32,000 nucleotides of DNA from Acholeplasma laidlawii PG-8A (lineage in GTDB: Bacteria > Bacillota_I > Bacilli_A > Acholeplasmatales > Acholeplasmataceae): contig NC_010163.1 of the NCBI RefSeq assembly GCF_000018785.1, forward strand, positions 750,001-782,000, given 5' to 3'. Position numbers and translations under genes: made by a program. Shown here piece by piece: positions 9,226-19,420 of this stretch. The notes beneath the pieces were generated by a model. The model was not told where the DNA came from. It worked only from the letters and a program-made list of their open reading frames with translations, and searched no databases. The stretch's first letter is position 1; each line of letters begins with the position of its first letter.

Positions 9226-11254
9226 TTCTAATCAACTCCTTAATAATTGCATCTAAGAATAGATAGAGTTGTTGCCACATGGTGATGATGATGATTAAGA
9301 CAACAACAATGATAATTGCAAACAGTAAACTCATAAATATACTTCGTATGGTTTCCTTACCAGAATATTCATGTATTTCACTAATGCCTAGATAAATTAA
9401 TATGAACGACCAAATGGTGCCAAAAGTCATTATAAAATCTAAGAAAAAGACTTCATTATATGTAAGTACGTGTGATAGTAGTGTAACGAGTAATAAAGCT
9501 AAGAATAAAGGTCCTAGAGCATATACAAACATCATAAAGATCTGTTTAAGTTTACCGATACCATCATTAATTGATGTATCTAAATAATTACAGATTACAA
9601 ACAATAAGGTTACTGCTGTAAACCCTAAAACAAGTGCAGTGATATCAATATCTTCTACTAATATGTATTGATAGATGAACCCTTTAGATGTATTAAAGAA
9701 AATAAAGGTGATAAAGATAGCTACATATAAAATGAGTGTGGCTCTAAAAGAACCTTGATGTCCATGTTTTAAGTCTTCAAAACTATCGATTGGTTTTCTC
9801 ATGACTTTAAACATGAAACTTAATTCTCTTAAGATAGGTTTATCAAATGATTTTTTAATCGGTTGTGTGAATTGAGTTACTTTACCTGTTTTTTTATCTA
9901 CTTTATGTAATACTAAATTACTAAAGTAAATAAAGATAAGTGCAATAATAAATATACCTAAATAACTTTGTATCACAAGATTTCTAACTTCCCAGGATGC
10001 TTCTGAATAACCTGTACGATTACCTGCAAGTTCAAAATGATGCATTGCAGATTCATAATCCTGTAACTGTAGATAAGATTTTGCAATGTTATTATGAGCA
10101 ATCACAGACATTTGATTTAAATTAAGTACTTCGCTCCATGCATCAATAGCTTCTTGGTATAATCTGTCTTCATATAGATTAATAGCTCTATATATTTCTT
10201 TTGCATATGCGGTTGGTTCAAAGGATTGTAGAAATGATTTTGCATCATCTAAGGCAAATATAACACCATCATCTCGTACTGCAATCGAAGAAAGTCTTTG
10301 GAAGACACCAGAGATATCTTGATTTGAGGAGATATCAGAGTTACTTGCACCAAAATAGAAAATAAAATCACCGGTTTGATCATATACAAATATAGCACCT
10401 GATTGCATACCGGCATATACGATACCTTCTTTGTCAACATAAATATCTCTTGCATCATCAAAAGATATCATACGTTTGAAAATATTACCGCCTTGTGTGT
10501 TATGTTTTTTAACAGCATTGAAATAAGTACTCATCGTTGTAGTATAAACCATCGAGTTATCGTCGATAAATATGCTTGAGAATGTTTGTGGACTTCTCGC
10601 AAGTAAATTATCAAACTGTTCTGGTGTTAGTATGAGTTTTTGAAATTGTTGAACGACTGAAAGTCTGATTTTATTTGTTGTGAAAAATCCTAAGAATTCA
10701 CCAATGTTAGATAATTGGATAATACCGTTTGAAACACCTTCACCATAGATATATAAATTTCCGCGATTATCCACTGCGATTTTACTTGGTTCAAAACTCG
10801 TTTCACCAAATGATAAGGAATCCGGACGTTCAAATTTTTCAATAAAAGTACCATCAAGATCAAATCTAAAAACTGCTTTAGCTGCACTATCTGCAACATA
10901 TAATCCACGACTGGAAATATATAAACCTTTAGGTGCTAAAAATTCAGGATAGGTCAGTTCGAATAATAACTCATTTGTTACTGAGTCATATTTTAAAATA
11001 CGCATATTTCCAGTATCGGCTATCCATAAAAACCCATCATCATCAAACATCATATCTTCTGGTTTGTTTAAATTTAATTCCATTGTAGTTCTTAGTGGTA
11101 AATACGCATCTTGAGTTCTTACAAACTCGCCCTTCGCATTTAAAGTCAACGTATAACTTGTAGCTGCTGATGCAAATACTGGTGTGGCGTATATGACTAT
11201 GAATGCAACTATGAATAGTAAAATTGTAATTATTCTTTTAGTATTTTTCATCAT
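9212..11254 (-). CDS. Signal peptide + NHL/beta-propeller + TPR-like + C-terminal multi-TM (Yip1-like) protein
   Basis: 680 aa: signal peptide ending TPVFASAATS; repeated blades (PEDMMFDDDGFLWIADTGNMRILKYD, PKGLYISSRGLYVADSAAKAVFRFD, PSKIAVDNRGNLYIYG, FSSIFIDDNSMVYTT, ARDIYVDKEGIVYAG); TPR-like KEIYRAINLYEDRLYQEAIDAW...AHNNIAKSYLQLQDYESAMHHFELAG; then multiple TM helices. Confidence 0.75.
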   Translation of the reverse strand: MMKNTKRIITILLFIVAFIVIYATPVFASAATSYTLTLNAKGEFVRTQDAYLPLRTTMELNLNKPEDMMFDDDGFLWIADTGNMRILKYDSVTNELLFELTYPEFLAPKGLYISSRGLYVADSAAKAVFRFDLDGTFIEKFERPDSLSFGETSFEPSKIAVDNRGNLYIYGEGVSNGIIQLSNIGEFLGFFTTNKIRLSVVQQFQKLILTPEQFDNLLARSPQTFSSIFIDDNSMVYTTTMSTYFNAVKKHNTQGGNIFKRMISFDDARDIYVDKEGIVYAGMQSGAIFVYDQTGDFIFYFGASNSDISSNQDISGVFQRLSSIAVRDDGVIFALDDAKSFLQSFEPTAYAKEIYRAINLYEDRLYQEAIDAWSEVLNLNQMSVIAHNNIAKSYLQLQDYESAMHHFELAGNRTGYSEASWEVRNLVIQSYLGIFIIALIFIYFSNLVLHKVDKKTGKVTQFTQPIKKSFDKPILRELSFMFKVMRKPIDSFEDLKHGHQGSFRATLILYVAIFITFIFFNTSKGFIYQYILVEDIDITALVLGFTAVTLLFVICNYLDTSINDGIGKLKQIFMMFVYALGPLFLALLLVTLLSHVLTYNEVFFLDFIMTFGTIWSFILIYLGISEIHEYSGKETIRSIFMSLLFAIIIVVVLIIIITMWQQLYLFLDAIIKELIRNVFN

Positions 11255-11259
11255 ATCAC

Positions 11260-12135
11260 CTACTTAATCCCTGCATGAGCCATAGTGTTCATAACCCTAG
11301 ACTGCATAATGATAAAAATAATTAAATTCGGTAAGAACATTATTAATCCGGCAGCTGCAGCCATACCAACACCTGCTAGTGCAGAACCTGTGTTTGCCAG
11401 TGCTAACGTATTTAAATAAAATGCAAAGGACTTCATAGATTCATCCTGAATGTATAAATTAGATGCTTCAACTGCTCCCCATGTAGCTTGAAAGGTTAAA
11501 ATAGCTACTGTCGCAATCGCATTTTTAGTGAGTGGATAGATTATTTTAAATAGGATCTGAAAGTCATTTGCCCCATCGATTCTTGCAGCTTCAATTAATG
11601 CATCTGGAACTTGATCAATAAACTGTTTCATTAAAAATACATTCACTGGTACTGCTAAATAAGGCAGTATATGAACAAGTGGATTATTATTCAAACCAAC
11701 TTGAACAATAATAAAATAAGTTGGAATCACAACTGCTGTTCTAACAAACATTAGGGCAGTTTGATTTAAACCAAATAACGCCTTTTTAGCTCTGAAGTGT
11801 TTCTTTGATAGCACATAGCCTGTCATGACACTTAAAAATATTGTTAAAAATACAAGAATGATTGTTACTACCAGTGTATTAAATAAGTATCGGATTAAAG
11901 GAACCCCGGTAGATGTAGCTGTTCTAAAGAGTTCAGTAAAATTTCCGAAAGTAGGATTTTGAACAAAGAATCTTGGAGGAAATAAGAATAATTCATCTAA
12001 AGGTTTAAATGCTTGATTAATTATAAATAGTACAGGAAGTAACATAAATATAGCCATCGGAAGCAAGATTAGATAAAAAGGGATTTGTGATTTAGAAAAA
12101 CTCGTTGGATTTATTTTAGTTCCTTGAAAACTCAT
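11260..12135 (-). CDS. Carbohydrate ABC transporter permease, MalG-type (second pair)
   Basis: Multi-TM; EAARIDGANDFQILFKIIYPLTKNAIATVAI EAA loop. Confidence 0.93.
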   Translation of the reverse strand: MSFQGTKINPTSFSKSQIPFYLILLPMAIFMLLPVLFIINQAFKPLDELFLFPPRFFVQNPTFGNFTELFRTATSTGVPLIRYLFNTLVVTIILVFLTIFLSVMTGYVLSKKHFRAKKALFGLNQTALMFVRTAVVIPTYFIIVQVGLNNNPLVHILPYLAVPVNVFLMKQFIDQVPDALIEAARIDGANDFQILFKIIYPLTKNAIATVAILTFQATWGAVEASNLYIQDESMKSFAFYLNTLALANTGSALAGVGMAAAAGLIMFLPNLIIFIIMQSRVMNTMAHAGIK

Positions 12136-12150
12136 ATCATCACCCCTCCT

Positions 12151-13080
12151 TTAATCTTTTTCCGCAAATAAGCGGTATGCTATTTTAGAAAATACCCATA
12201 TTAGTAAAAGTAAAACTACTGATAATGCCGCAGCATAGCCCATTTCATAGCGAATAAATCCAAAATCATCAATATGGTTTGTGATTAGCTGTGCTGCATT
12301 TTGAGGTGTTGGATTAGATCCAGATAATGCAACGCCAATATATCCGTTTGTGAAAGTTGCCACGATCGCCATAACAGCTCCGAATAACATTTGAGGTTTC
12401 ATCATTGGTATTGTTACATAGACAACTTCTTGAAATTTATTACGAATCCCTTCAATATAAGCTGCCTCATAAAGTTCTTCATTCCCATTTAATATACCAG
12501 CCAACATTGCTAAAAACCCTACACCCATACTACTCCATAGAGCAACTACGATAATAATTGGCATTAAATATTGTGGTGATTGTAGAAACTGTATCGGTCG
12601 GTCCAATATATTCATATCCATCAAAATAGCATTAATATAACCGGATTCATCACCTGAAAAAAGTGTACGCCAAACAACTGAAATAAATACTCCACCTACC
12701 ATGGAAGGTGAATAAACTGCCAGTGCAATGATCGTTCTTGGTACTACTTGTATTTGTGCGAGCATCCATGCAAGTAGGAAAGATAGCATGTAGCCACCTG
12801 GTCCAACAATTAGTGAAAACATTAATGTATTTGGTAAAATATATTTTAAAAATACTGGGTCTTGTGTAAATATATTAATGAAATTTGTTAATCCCAAGTA
12901 TTGAGGCATTTCAATTACATTAAAGGATGTTAAAGATAGGTAAATTGCAATTGCTACAGGAAATGCTATAAATAAACTAAATAACAAGACATAGGGTAGT
13001 AACATGAAAAATACTGTGAGGCTATCTTTAAACTTTGCATTTTTGAAAAATACATTTTTACGCTTAATCGTTTGATCCAT
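12151..13080 (-). CDS. Carbohydrate ABC transporter permease, MalF-type (second pair)
   Basis: ORF 12151..13098; AGGAGG RBS just upstream of the internal ATG at 13080 (MDQTIKRKN...). [32 protein letters not shown] loop. Confidence 0.92.
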   Translation of the reverse strand: MDQTIKRKNVFFKNAKFKDSLTVFFMLLPYVLLFSLFIAFPVAIAIYLSLTSFNVIEMPQYLGLTNFINIFTQDPVFLKYILPNTLMFSLIVGPGGYMLSFLLAWMLAQIQVVPRTIIALAVYSPSMVGGVFISVVWRTLFSGDESGYINAILMDMNILDRPIQFLQSPQYLMPIIIVVALWSSMGVGFLAMLAGILNGNEELYEAAYIEGIRNKFQEVVYVTIPMMKPQMLFGAVMAIVATFTNGYIGVALSGSNPTPQNAAQLITNHIDDFGFIRYEMGYAAALSVVLLLLIWVFSKIAYRLFAEKD

Positions 13081-16054
13081 GATAGCCTCCTGATGCATCT
13101 AACATTTGATTTCTAACCCATGTAATATCTCTAATTACATATGGTTTTATTAGGTTTCCTTCATTATCAAGAAAACCAAATTCAATCATTTTCTTTCGCA
13201 TTTCTCTGTTTATTAAAATGGTATATCTGTCTACAGCAATACCTGTAGGTGTTCCATCAAACACTGCTGTATTCCATATATCTGAAATCGATCTTTCTAA
13301 CATATATTGACCAGGTGTTCTCGGTACATCTATTAACCATTTAATTTGTTCTAAAATTACTTCTTTATCTTTTTCGGAAAAAGGTGATGCCATAAATGCA
13401 TTAATATTACCAGAAATCCATGCATAAGTAGGTCCATAAGTAGACTGTAAATTAAATGAAAATTGTGATTGAGTTTCAGTTGACATCCACCACTTTAAAA
13501 AATCCCATGCATCATCAGGTTGATCAGTTTCATTCATAATCATACCTGCTGTACCATTAGCAATATAGTGACGGTTCGTACCAGCTGCTTCAGTAGTTAT
13601 ACTAGGATAAGGTGCTATTTCCCACATCCCAGTTAATTCAGGTGCAGCATTTTTAATAAGTTGATAAGTTCCAAAGTCCGCGATTCCAATTGGTAGTGTT
13701 GCATATCTAAATGAATTATAAAATGAAACTACTTGCTCAGGTAAAGCATAGTTTGTAAATAATTGATTTAAGAAAGTTAAACCTTGAACGGCTTCTTTTT
13801 CATTAATACTTGTTCTTAAGCCATCTTCAGAGTAAATATTACCACCAAATTGATATATAAACCCAGAGGTTTGATAAAACCACTTAATTGCAGTTCCACC
13901 TGCAATTGGATGGTAGAAATTCATACCATACTTTTGTAATTCAGGTAGAATTTGAATCACTTCTTCCCATGTATCTGGTACCATAAAATTTAAAGCATCA
14001 AATATATCTTTTCTATACATGACAACATTAAAGTCCAAAGTTTCAGGTAATGCATAAGCTTTATCATTTAAAATATAAGGAACAAATGCGCCTGGTGCAA
14101 ATTGTGATGCGAATTCCCAATAATCATCAAAACTGGTTAAGTCATACGCTGAATTTCTAATTGCTAAGTCAAAAGGCATATAACTTGCTAGTCCTAGTGC
14201 AACATCCGGCTGTTGATTTGCAGCAGATGCCATAACAAGTTTATTTGCATCAGGCATTACTGAAATCTTAACTTGAATACCAGTTTGAGGTGTAAATGTT
14301 TGATCTGCCATCTTTTGCATCATATCTACATAAGTTATGGGTCTGTTTACCCAAACATCTAAAACACCATCTTCTTTAGTTAAGGCATATTTATTCGAAC
14401 TAAAACTTGCGATAAATGATTGTGTTCCAGCATAAAGTGATTCAAAAATATTCGGATTTGCCTTTCTCAATCGCGTGTTATTATATAAATGCAATTGATT
14501 CAAATACATTTGTTGATTATTTAGTGTATCTAAAATATCACCTAAAAATTGATTAATAGAGCCAGTTCCCCCAACAAGATCCTCTAAATATAATGGCAAT
14601 CTATTGTAATCTTTATAGATGTTTTCTGCTCTTGATAATGATTTTTGAAGGTTACTAATTGTTGCTGATTTTGCACCATTTGGTGCAAACAAACTGAGTT
14701 CATCAATACTAGCCTTTAGAAGTAAGATATAACTTTCCAAATATGCCTTAGATTCAGGCATTTGTTCACTAAATCTCCAAGTTCTATTCTTATCAACTTC
14801 TTTACCTGTAATTTTTCTGATTTCCAAAGTAAATGTATTGATATGATCTATAAGCATTTGTATGTTTCTAACAGCTTCTTGAACGGGTTCGCTTTCCGCT
14901 CTTAAAGTAATTGTATTTTTACCTGATTGGAAATAAAAATAGTAATCTGTTTGTTCATTGCCCAATGTTTCTACGCGCCAATTGCCTGCTTTTGTAGATT
15001 TAAACTGGTATGCTCTTACTTCATTAAACGGAATCTGTCCATTAATTTTAATAGATCTAAAAACAGGAAAATCAGCTTTAGGATTAGAATATCTAAATGC
15101 CAGTTTATAAAGGCCTGATTTTTCTACGTTGACTTCATAGGTTAAAGATTGACCTGGACGTTGCCAAGTTCTTCCGTCAATTACATTTAACTTTTTATAA
15201 ACTGGGTCAAAAGGTAAAACACTAGGATTTACCTCACTGTATGCTTGTACATAACTTGAGTTTTTATAACTATAATTGGTTGCATCTATATCAATAATTC
15301 CATCAATAATCTCATAGTTGTTTTGGTTAATATATGTATCGTAGTCGATTTGTAAAACAGGTTTAAATACATCAATATCTCCTATTATAAATTTAGAGGA
15401 GGATGTATTTTCAATGGTTAGTTGATTTAAACCTTGTTTAAAATAAAATAAGAGTGGATCAATAGAAATATAGGTATTATTATATGCAGCTACATACTGC
15501 CAATCATCCATAATTATTTGATTTGGCAACACTTCATCACCATAGCGATCTGTCAGATAATTTTTTGACTCATCTTGCCAAATGATAGGTAGTTCGATAG
15601 TCTGCATTTCTTGATAATAACTTTCATCATTAATTTTTAGTGCAATAGTAATTTGATTCAGTGTAGCATTCGATACTTTATAGTTCATACCTACATGATA
15701 ATAACCAGCTTCTTGTATTTCTATTTCGTAAGTAGCTATTTTATCTTTTGTCATTATCAAACTATATTGCATATTCTCTGAATCTATTAATGCATCAGAG
15801 TTTGTTAAACTTGCTGTAATTGTACTTAAGCCATAATCAACATTTTGTTGATGATCGCTTAAATAATCGACATACGTATATCTTGCATTATTAATGGATG
15901 CATTTAATAGTGTTTTTGTTTCTGAAACTAAATCATTTGTTATAGTTCCATCTGGCTTATAAATTGAAGTACCTCTTGTAAAGTAAATGATAGCAAAAAC
16001 TAATAAAACAGTCGCTAAACCCCAAACAATAGATCGTTTAATTTTACCCATCAT
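13064..16054 (-). CDS. Large extracellular solute-binding protein (SBP family 1) with two N-terminal carbohydrate-binding-like beta-sandwich domains
   Basis: 996 aa: N-terminal membrane anchor/signal ([17 protein letters not shown]); repeated '[15 protein letters not shown]' and '[15 protein letters not shown]...[10 protein letters not shown]' sandwich-like segments; helical linker; C-terminal SBP region ([32 protein letters not shown]...[32 protein letters not shown]...[13 protein letters not shown]). RBS GGGAGG upstream. Confidence 0.85.
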   Translation of the reverse strand: MMGKIKRSIVWGLATVLLVFAIIYFTRGTSIYKPDGTITNDLVSETKTLLNASINNARYTYVDYLSDHQQNVDYGLSTITASLTNSDALIDSENMQYSLIMTKDKIATYEIEIQEAGYYHVGMNYKVSNATLNQITIALKINDESYYQEMQTIELPIIWQDESKNYLTDRYGDEVLPNQIIMDDWQYVAAYNNTYISIDPLLFYFKQGLNQLTIENTSSSKFIIGDIDVFKPVLQIDYDTYINQNNYEIIDGIIDIDATNYSYKNSSYVQAYSEVNPSVLPFDPVYKKLNVIDGRTWQRPGQSLTYEVNVEKSGLYKLAFRYSNPKADFPVFRSIKINGQIPFNEVRAYQFKSTKAGNWRVETLGNEQTDYYFYFQSGKNTITLRAESEPVQEAVRNIQMLIDHINTFTLEIRKITGKEVDKNRTWRFSEQMPESKAYLESYILLLKASIDELSLFAPNGAKSATISNLQKSLSRAENIYKDYNRLPLYLEDLVGGTGSINQFLGDILDTLNNQQMYLNQLHLYNNTRLRKANPNIFESLYAGTQSFIASFSSNKYALTKEDGVLDVWVNRPITYVDMMQKMADQTFTPQTGIQVKISVMPDANKLVMASAANQQPDVALGLASYMPFDLAIRNSAYDLTSFDDYWEFASQFAPGAFVPYILNDKAYALPETLDFNVVMYRKDIFDALNFMVPDTWEEVIQILPELQKYGMNFYHPIAGGTAIKWFYQTSGFIYQFGGNIYSEDGLRTSINEKEAVQGLTFLNQLFTNYALPEQVVSFYNSFRYATLPIGIADFGTYQLIKNAAPELTGMWEIAPYPSITTEAAGTNRHYIANGTAGMIMNETDQPDDAWDFLKWWMSTETQSQFSFNLQSTYGPTYAWISGNINAFMASPFSEKDKEVILEQIKWLIDVPRTPGQYMLERSISDIWNTAVFDGTPTGIAVDRYTILINREMRKKMIEFGFLDNEGNLIKPYVIRDITWVRNQMLDASGGYHGSND

Positions 16055-16083
16055 GATAAAAAACCTCCCTTTTTCATTATGAA

Positions 16084-16107
16084 GGCACCAAACAATTGTC
16101 TAGTGCC
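16084..16107 (-). promoter_or_regulatory. Intercistronic RNA hairpin between the lipoprotein SBP gene and the rest of the transport operon
   Basis: Minus-strand GGCACTAGACAATTGTTTGGTGCC forms a ~10-bp stem (two G-U pairs) with an AATT loop and no following T-tract. Confidence 0.55.
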
Positions 16108-16133
16108 AACATAATAAAGATTACTAAAATTTA

Positions 16134-17765
16134 TTATTTAAAATCAGCGTCTGTCTTGCCGTAATGTGTTTTAAGTCCGGCTTTCAACTTAGCCCATTCA
16201 TCAGCAAATCTTTGGTTTACCTGTGTATTCCATTCAGGCAACTTAGCTAATACAGCATTTGTAAATCCAGCATCTGTACGACGTGGAGAAGTAGCTTCAG
16301 GGTTACCAGTTAAGACGGTTGGTAAGTTAAAGTTATTCCATTCATATAGAATTTCAGATCTTACACCATCTTTATCGTAATACCAAGGGTAAGCTTTATC
16401 AGAGACGTCAATAACTTTACCTGATGAGAATACTTCCATCATATAGTGGAAACCAGGGAATTGTTCTTTATCTGCAAGCATTGTATGATTTTCTGCAGAG
16501 AACCAAATATCCATTTGACGTTCAAATGCAGCACCAGTTACTAGAGGTACAGAGTCATTCATAGCAGTTTTAACTGTAGCACCATTTGTATACATTTGGT
16601 CAGCTCTTGCTTGCCATGCACGGTCATCACCAATCCAGAATGATGCAAATGTATAAGCAATTTGTAATTTATTAAATTCTTCATCAGATAATTCTGAATT
16701 ATTATCATCTAAAGCATAATTATGAATTGCAAGTGGGTCAAGTACTACACCTACTGTATTATCAACGTAATCTGTACTAGGTCTTGGATAAATATCCCAA
16801 TTGTTTGATTGAACAGCACCCCAATGTAATGGATCAGGGTTTGCAGCATCACCTAACATCCAAGGATCTCCATCAAGTGTTAATAATGCACCATTTTTAA
16901 AGAAGTTGAAACTCCACCAACCATTAGCATCCATAAATGGAGCCATTGGGTCGCCTACTTTATCAAATTGTGGCCATACTGAGTGTTCTGACCATTCAGC
17001 GATATAAGGAATTAATGATCTAACTTGTGCAGAATTAAGATCAATATATGGATCATTTCCAGTATGATTAACAAGTGATTGTGCCATTGTAGTTGATCCT
17101 GTGAATATAAAACTCTTTGGAGTATCCATAGAACCATACCAAGAATTAGCTACAGAATGGCTAACAAAGTCTGTATATTCATCAATTGTCCAATCTGGAT
17201 CAGGAATATCAATATTGTTATCATCTGCTAATTGCTTATTGATATATACGCCCCAAGGTTGTAAGAATTGTGGTAAACCAGCTTGAACTCCATAGTAATT
17301 CATCATGCTCATAATACCTTTATTAAATGATTTATACATAGGGTCATCACTAAATACAGATAAGTCTGATACCATACCACGTTGAACTTCACCAGGTAAA
17401 TCTGTTGATGCCCATATATCAATTGTTTTACCATGTTCTAAAATGAAGTTTTCTCTAAACTGAGACCAACTCACACCATCATCATGTGGACCATTGACTT
17501 TAGTGATAACATTGATCTTAACATTTGGATAATCTTTGTTAAACTCTTTAGCTACTGCATAAATAGTTGCAGCATTTTGAGAGACTAACTGATCAGGTGT
17601 TAGATTTTTCTTACCGATATCTTGGTAGAATTCTCCGTCTCCTGACCACAACATAATTGTAATTTCACCACTAGCCGCTTTATCTAATCCTTTATAACTA
17701 GGACCACAAGCTACTAATAGTAATACTACCATTGCAAGTAAACTTGAAACAAAAATCTTTTTCAT
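16134..17765 (-). CDS. Extracellular solute-binding lipoprotein of a carbohydrate ABC transporter
   Basis: 543 aa; lipobox LLVACGP; SBP-like organisation (EITIMLWSGDGEFYQDIG...AVAKEFNKDYPNVKINVI...PWGVYINKQLADDNNIDIPDPDWTIDEYTDF). RBS AGGAGG. Confidence 0.9.
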   Translation of the reverse strand: MKKIFVSSLLAMVVLLLVACGPSYKGLDKAASGEITIMLWSGDGEFYQDIGKKNLTPDQLVSQNAATIYAVAKEFNKDYPNVKINVITKVNGPHDDGVSWSQFRENFILEHGKTIDIWASTDLPGEVQRGMVSDLSVFSDDPMYKSFNKGIMSMMNYYGVQAGLPQFLQPWGVYINKQLADDNNIDIPDPDWTIDEYTDFVSHSVANSWYGSMDTPKSFIFTGSTTMAQSLVNHTGNDPYIDLNSAQVRSLIPYIAEWSEHSVWPQFDKVGDPMAPFMDANGWWSFNFFKNGALLTLDGDPWMLGDAANPDPLHWGAVQSNNWDIYPRPSTDYVDNTVGVVLDPLAIHNYALDDNNSELSDEEFNKLQIAYTFASFWIGDDRAWQARADQMYTNGATVKTAMNDSVPLVTGAAFERQMDIWFSAENHTMLADKEQFPGFHYMMEVFSSGKVIDVSDKAYPWYYDKDGVRSEILYEWNNFNLPTVLTGNPEATSPRRTDAGFTNAVLAKLPEWNTQVNQRFADEWAKLKAGLKTHYGKTDADFK

Positions 17766-17807
17766 ACTTTTCCTCCTATTTGGAATGTATAATTAATAGA
17801 CATTTTT

Positions 17808-17836
17808 ATTATATCACCTTATGAAAACGATTACAA
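17808..17836 (-). promoter_or_regulatory. Sigma-A-type promoter of the transport unit (TTGTAA-N17-TATAAT)
   Basis: Minus strand: -35 TTGTAA at 17831-17836, -10 TATAAT at 17808-17813, 17-nt spacer, ~45 bp upstream of the SBP start. Confidence 0.75.
17822..17835 (-). promoter_or_regulatory. cre-like / LacI-family operator TGTAATCGTTTTCA overlapping the -35 box and spacer
   Basis: Fits the cre consensus TGWNANCGNTNWCA at every position. Confidence 0.7.
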
Positions 17837-17938
17837 CTATAGTATTCATCATTTTACAACGTTTTCGTATTTTACTAAATCGTTTTCTCAAAAATGGTCA
17901 TTTTTCCGCAAAACTGTTAGTTTTTAACTGGATGTTTC

Positions 17939-19420
17939 TTAATTTTCGTTACTAATATTTTCGTTTAAAACAAATGTTGTAGTTGCTTTTGCTGGTAGTT
18001 TATAATTCATTTGGCTACCATTTATATCTAAACTAAACATCATTGAATTAGAAGATTTATTATGTACCACGACTGTAATACTACCATCAGGGTTTAAAAA
18101 TGCTGTGTTTAGTAAATTTGCATTACTTGTTTTACTATCTATTCTATATGCTCCAACCTCTACAAATTTAGAAAAATGTCCGATCATATAGTATTCTTCA
18201 TTTTTAATAACCTCTGAAGTTTCACTATGAATAGTTAAAATGCCACGGCAATTTTGGCACCCACCATTGATAGGTCCATTGTTTTCATTTAAGGCAATGT
18301 TCCACATCAATACACCTTTAGCGCCGCGATTTAGAGAACCCATAAAAATATTTTCCATATTCCACGATATATTGTCTCCAAAATTCGTAGCCCATAAACC
18401 ACCGGATATTTCTGTGAACCAAATACCTTTATCAGGAAATATGTTACCTAATCTTGAAGTTTCTGATACATTTCCACCATAACCATGTAATGCAACCCCT
18501 GCAATATATTGATTTGCTTTACTATTTAGTACAGTTATTGGGTAGTCCATTCGATCCCAATTATGGTCATATGCCATGATTAATGTATCGATATTGGCTT
18601 CATTAAATTGGATGCCCATAGACTCAATTAAATTTATTTGTTGATCTGGCAACATTTTCATTGTAGGATAAGTGTTTGATTCATGAAGTGGTTCATTTTG
18701 CGGTGTAACTGCATATATATCGATGCCTTGAAGCTTCATAGCTTCAATATATTTAACAAAATATTGTGCATAGACATCGATGTACTTATCCAGTAAACTA
18801 CCACCATTAAGGTGTTTATTATCTTTCATCCAAGCTGGTGCACTCCATGGAGATGCCATAATAAATAGGTCGTTATTTCTTATGAGTGCTTCTTTTAAAA
18901 CTGGTATAAGATGTTGCATCTCTCTATCGATAGAAAAGTTATTTAATGCTAAGTCTTCTATGTTACTTGGCGTATCATTATACGTATAATTGTCTAAGGA
19001 AAAGTCAGATGCACCTATAGTAAGTCGCATAAATGACATATTTAACCCTTCTTTGTTAAATAGTTCATCTAATACATTATGTTTATCATTTTCATCCAAA
19101 TTATTAATGACTAAAGCACTAGATTCTGTCATCGCTGCTCCAAAACCATCAATTACTTGGTATTTTATACTAGGATCAATATTGATTTTTGTGTACTCTG
19201 AATCTAAATCTATAGTGGTATTTGAAGCCTCTTCTTTTTTAAGTAATTTGCTTTTATCAGCCCATGTTGTAAAGCTATCCACTGAATAAGTTTTTTTCAC
19301 GATAGGGGGTTCTCCATTATTCGTATTATCACATGCAATAAGCATCATTAAACATATACACACTAAGCATAACAAGAAGATACGCTTATGTATCTGTGTG
19401 CTAGCTTGTAACTTTAACAT
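17939..19420 (-). CDS. GH30-family glycoside hydrolase, lipoprotein (candidate endo-beta-1,6-glucanase or related beta-glucosidase)
   Basis: Lipobox MLIACDN; YQVIDGFGAAMTESSALVIN; LSFMRLTIGASDFSLDNYTYND; SPWSAPAWMKDNKHLNGG; TPQNEPLHES (acid/base region) typical of GH30. Confidence 0.88.
   Translation of the reverse strand: MLKLQASTQIHKRIFLLCLVCICLMMLIACDNTNNGEPPIVKKTYSVDSFTTWADKSKLLKKEEASNTTIDLDSEYTKINIDPSIKYQVIDGFGAAMTESSALVINNLDENDKHNVLDELFNKEGLNMSFMRLTIGASDFSLDNYTYNDTPSNIEDLALNNFSIDREMQHLIPVLKEALIRNNDLFIMASPWSAPAWMKDNKHLNGGSLLDKYIDVYAQYFVKYIEAMKLQGIDIYAVTPQNEPLHESNTYPTMKMLPDQQINLIESMGIQFNEANIDTLIMAYDHNWDRMDYPITVLNSKANQYIAGVALHGYGGNVSETSRLGNIFPDKGIWFTEISGGLWATNFGDNISWNMENIFMGSLNRGAKGVLMWNIALNENNGPINGGCQNCRGILTIHSETSEVIKNEEYYMIGHFSKFVEVGAYRIDSKTSNANLLNTAFLNPDGSITVVVHNKSSNSMMFSLDINGSQMNYKLPAKATTTFVLNENISNEN

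Noticed and set aside
7884-9587. Several 60-75 aa ORFs (7884-8105, 8079-8300, 8504-8710, 8729-8956, 9071-9256, 9402-9587)
   Set aside because: All lie within the DUF5696-like and NHL/Yip1 genes in other frames; low-complexity translations typical of chance ORFs.
12151-13098. ORF-track start at 13098 for the MalF-type permease
   Set aside because: Internal ATG at 13080 is preceded by AGGAGG; the first six residues are probably not translated.
17865-17935. Possible terminator for unit A (AAAAATGACCATTTTT and AGTTAAAAACT on the minus strand)
   Set aside because: Short AT-only stems with very small loops; too weak to call, so read-through between the two units remains possible.
18240-19289. Plus-strand ORFs opposite the GH30 gene (18240-18482, 18780-18989, 18990-19289)
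   Set aside because: Chance antisense ORFs; the GH30 reading frame is fully supported by motifs.
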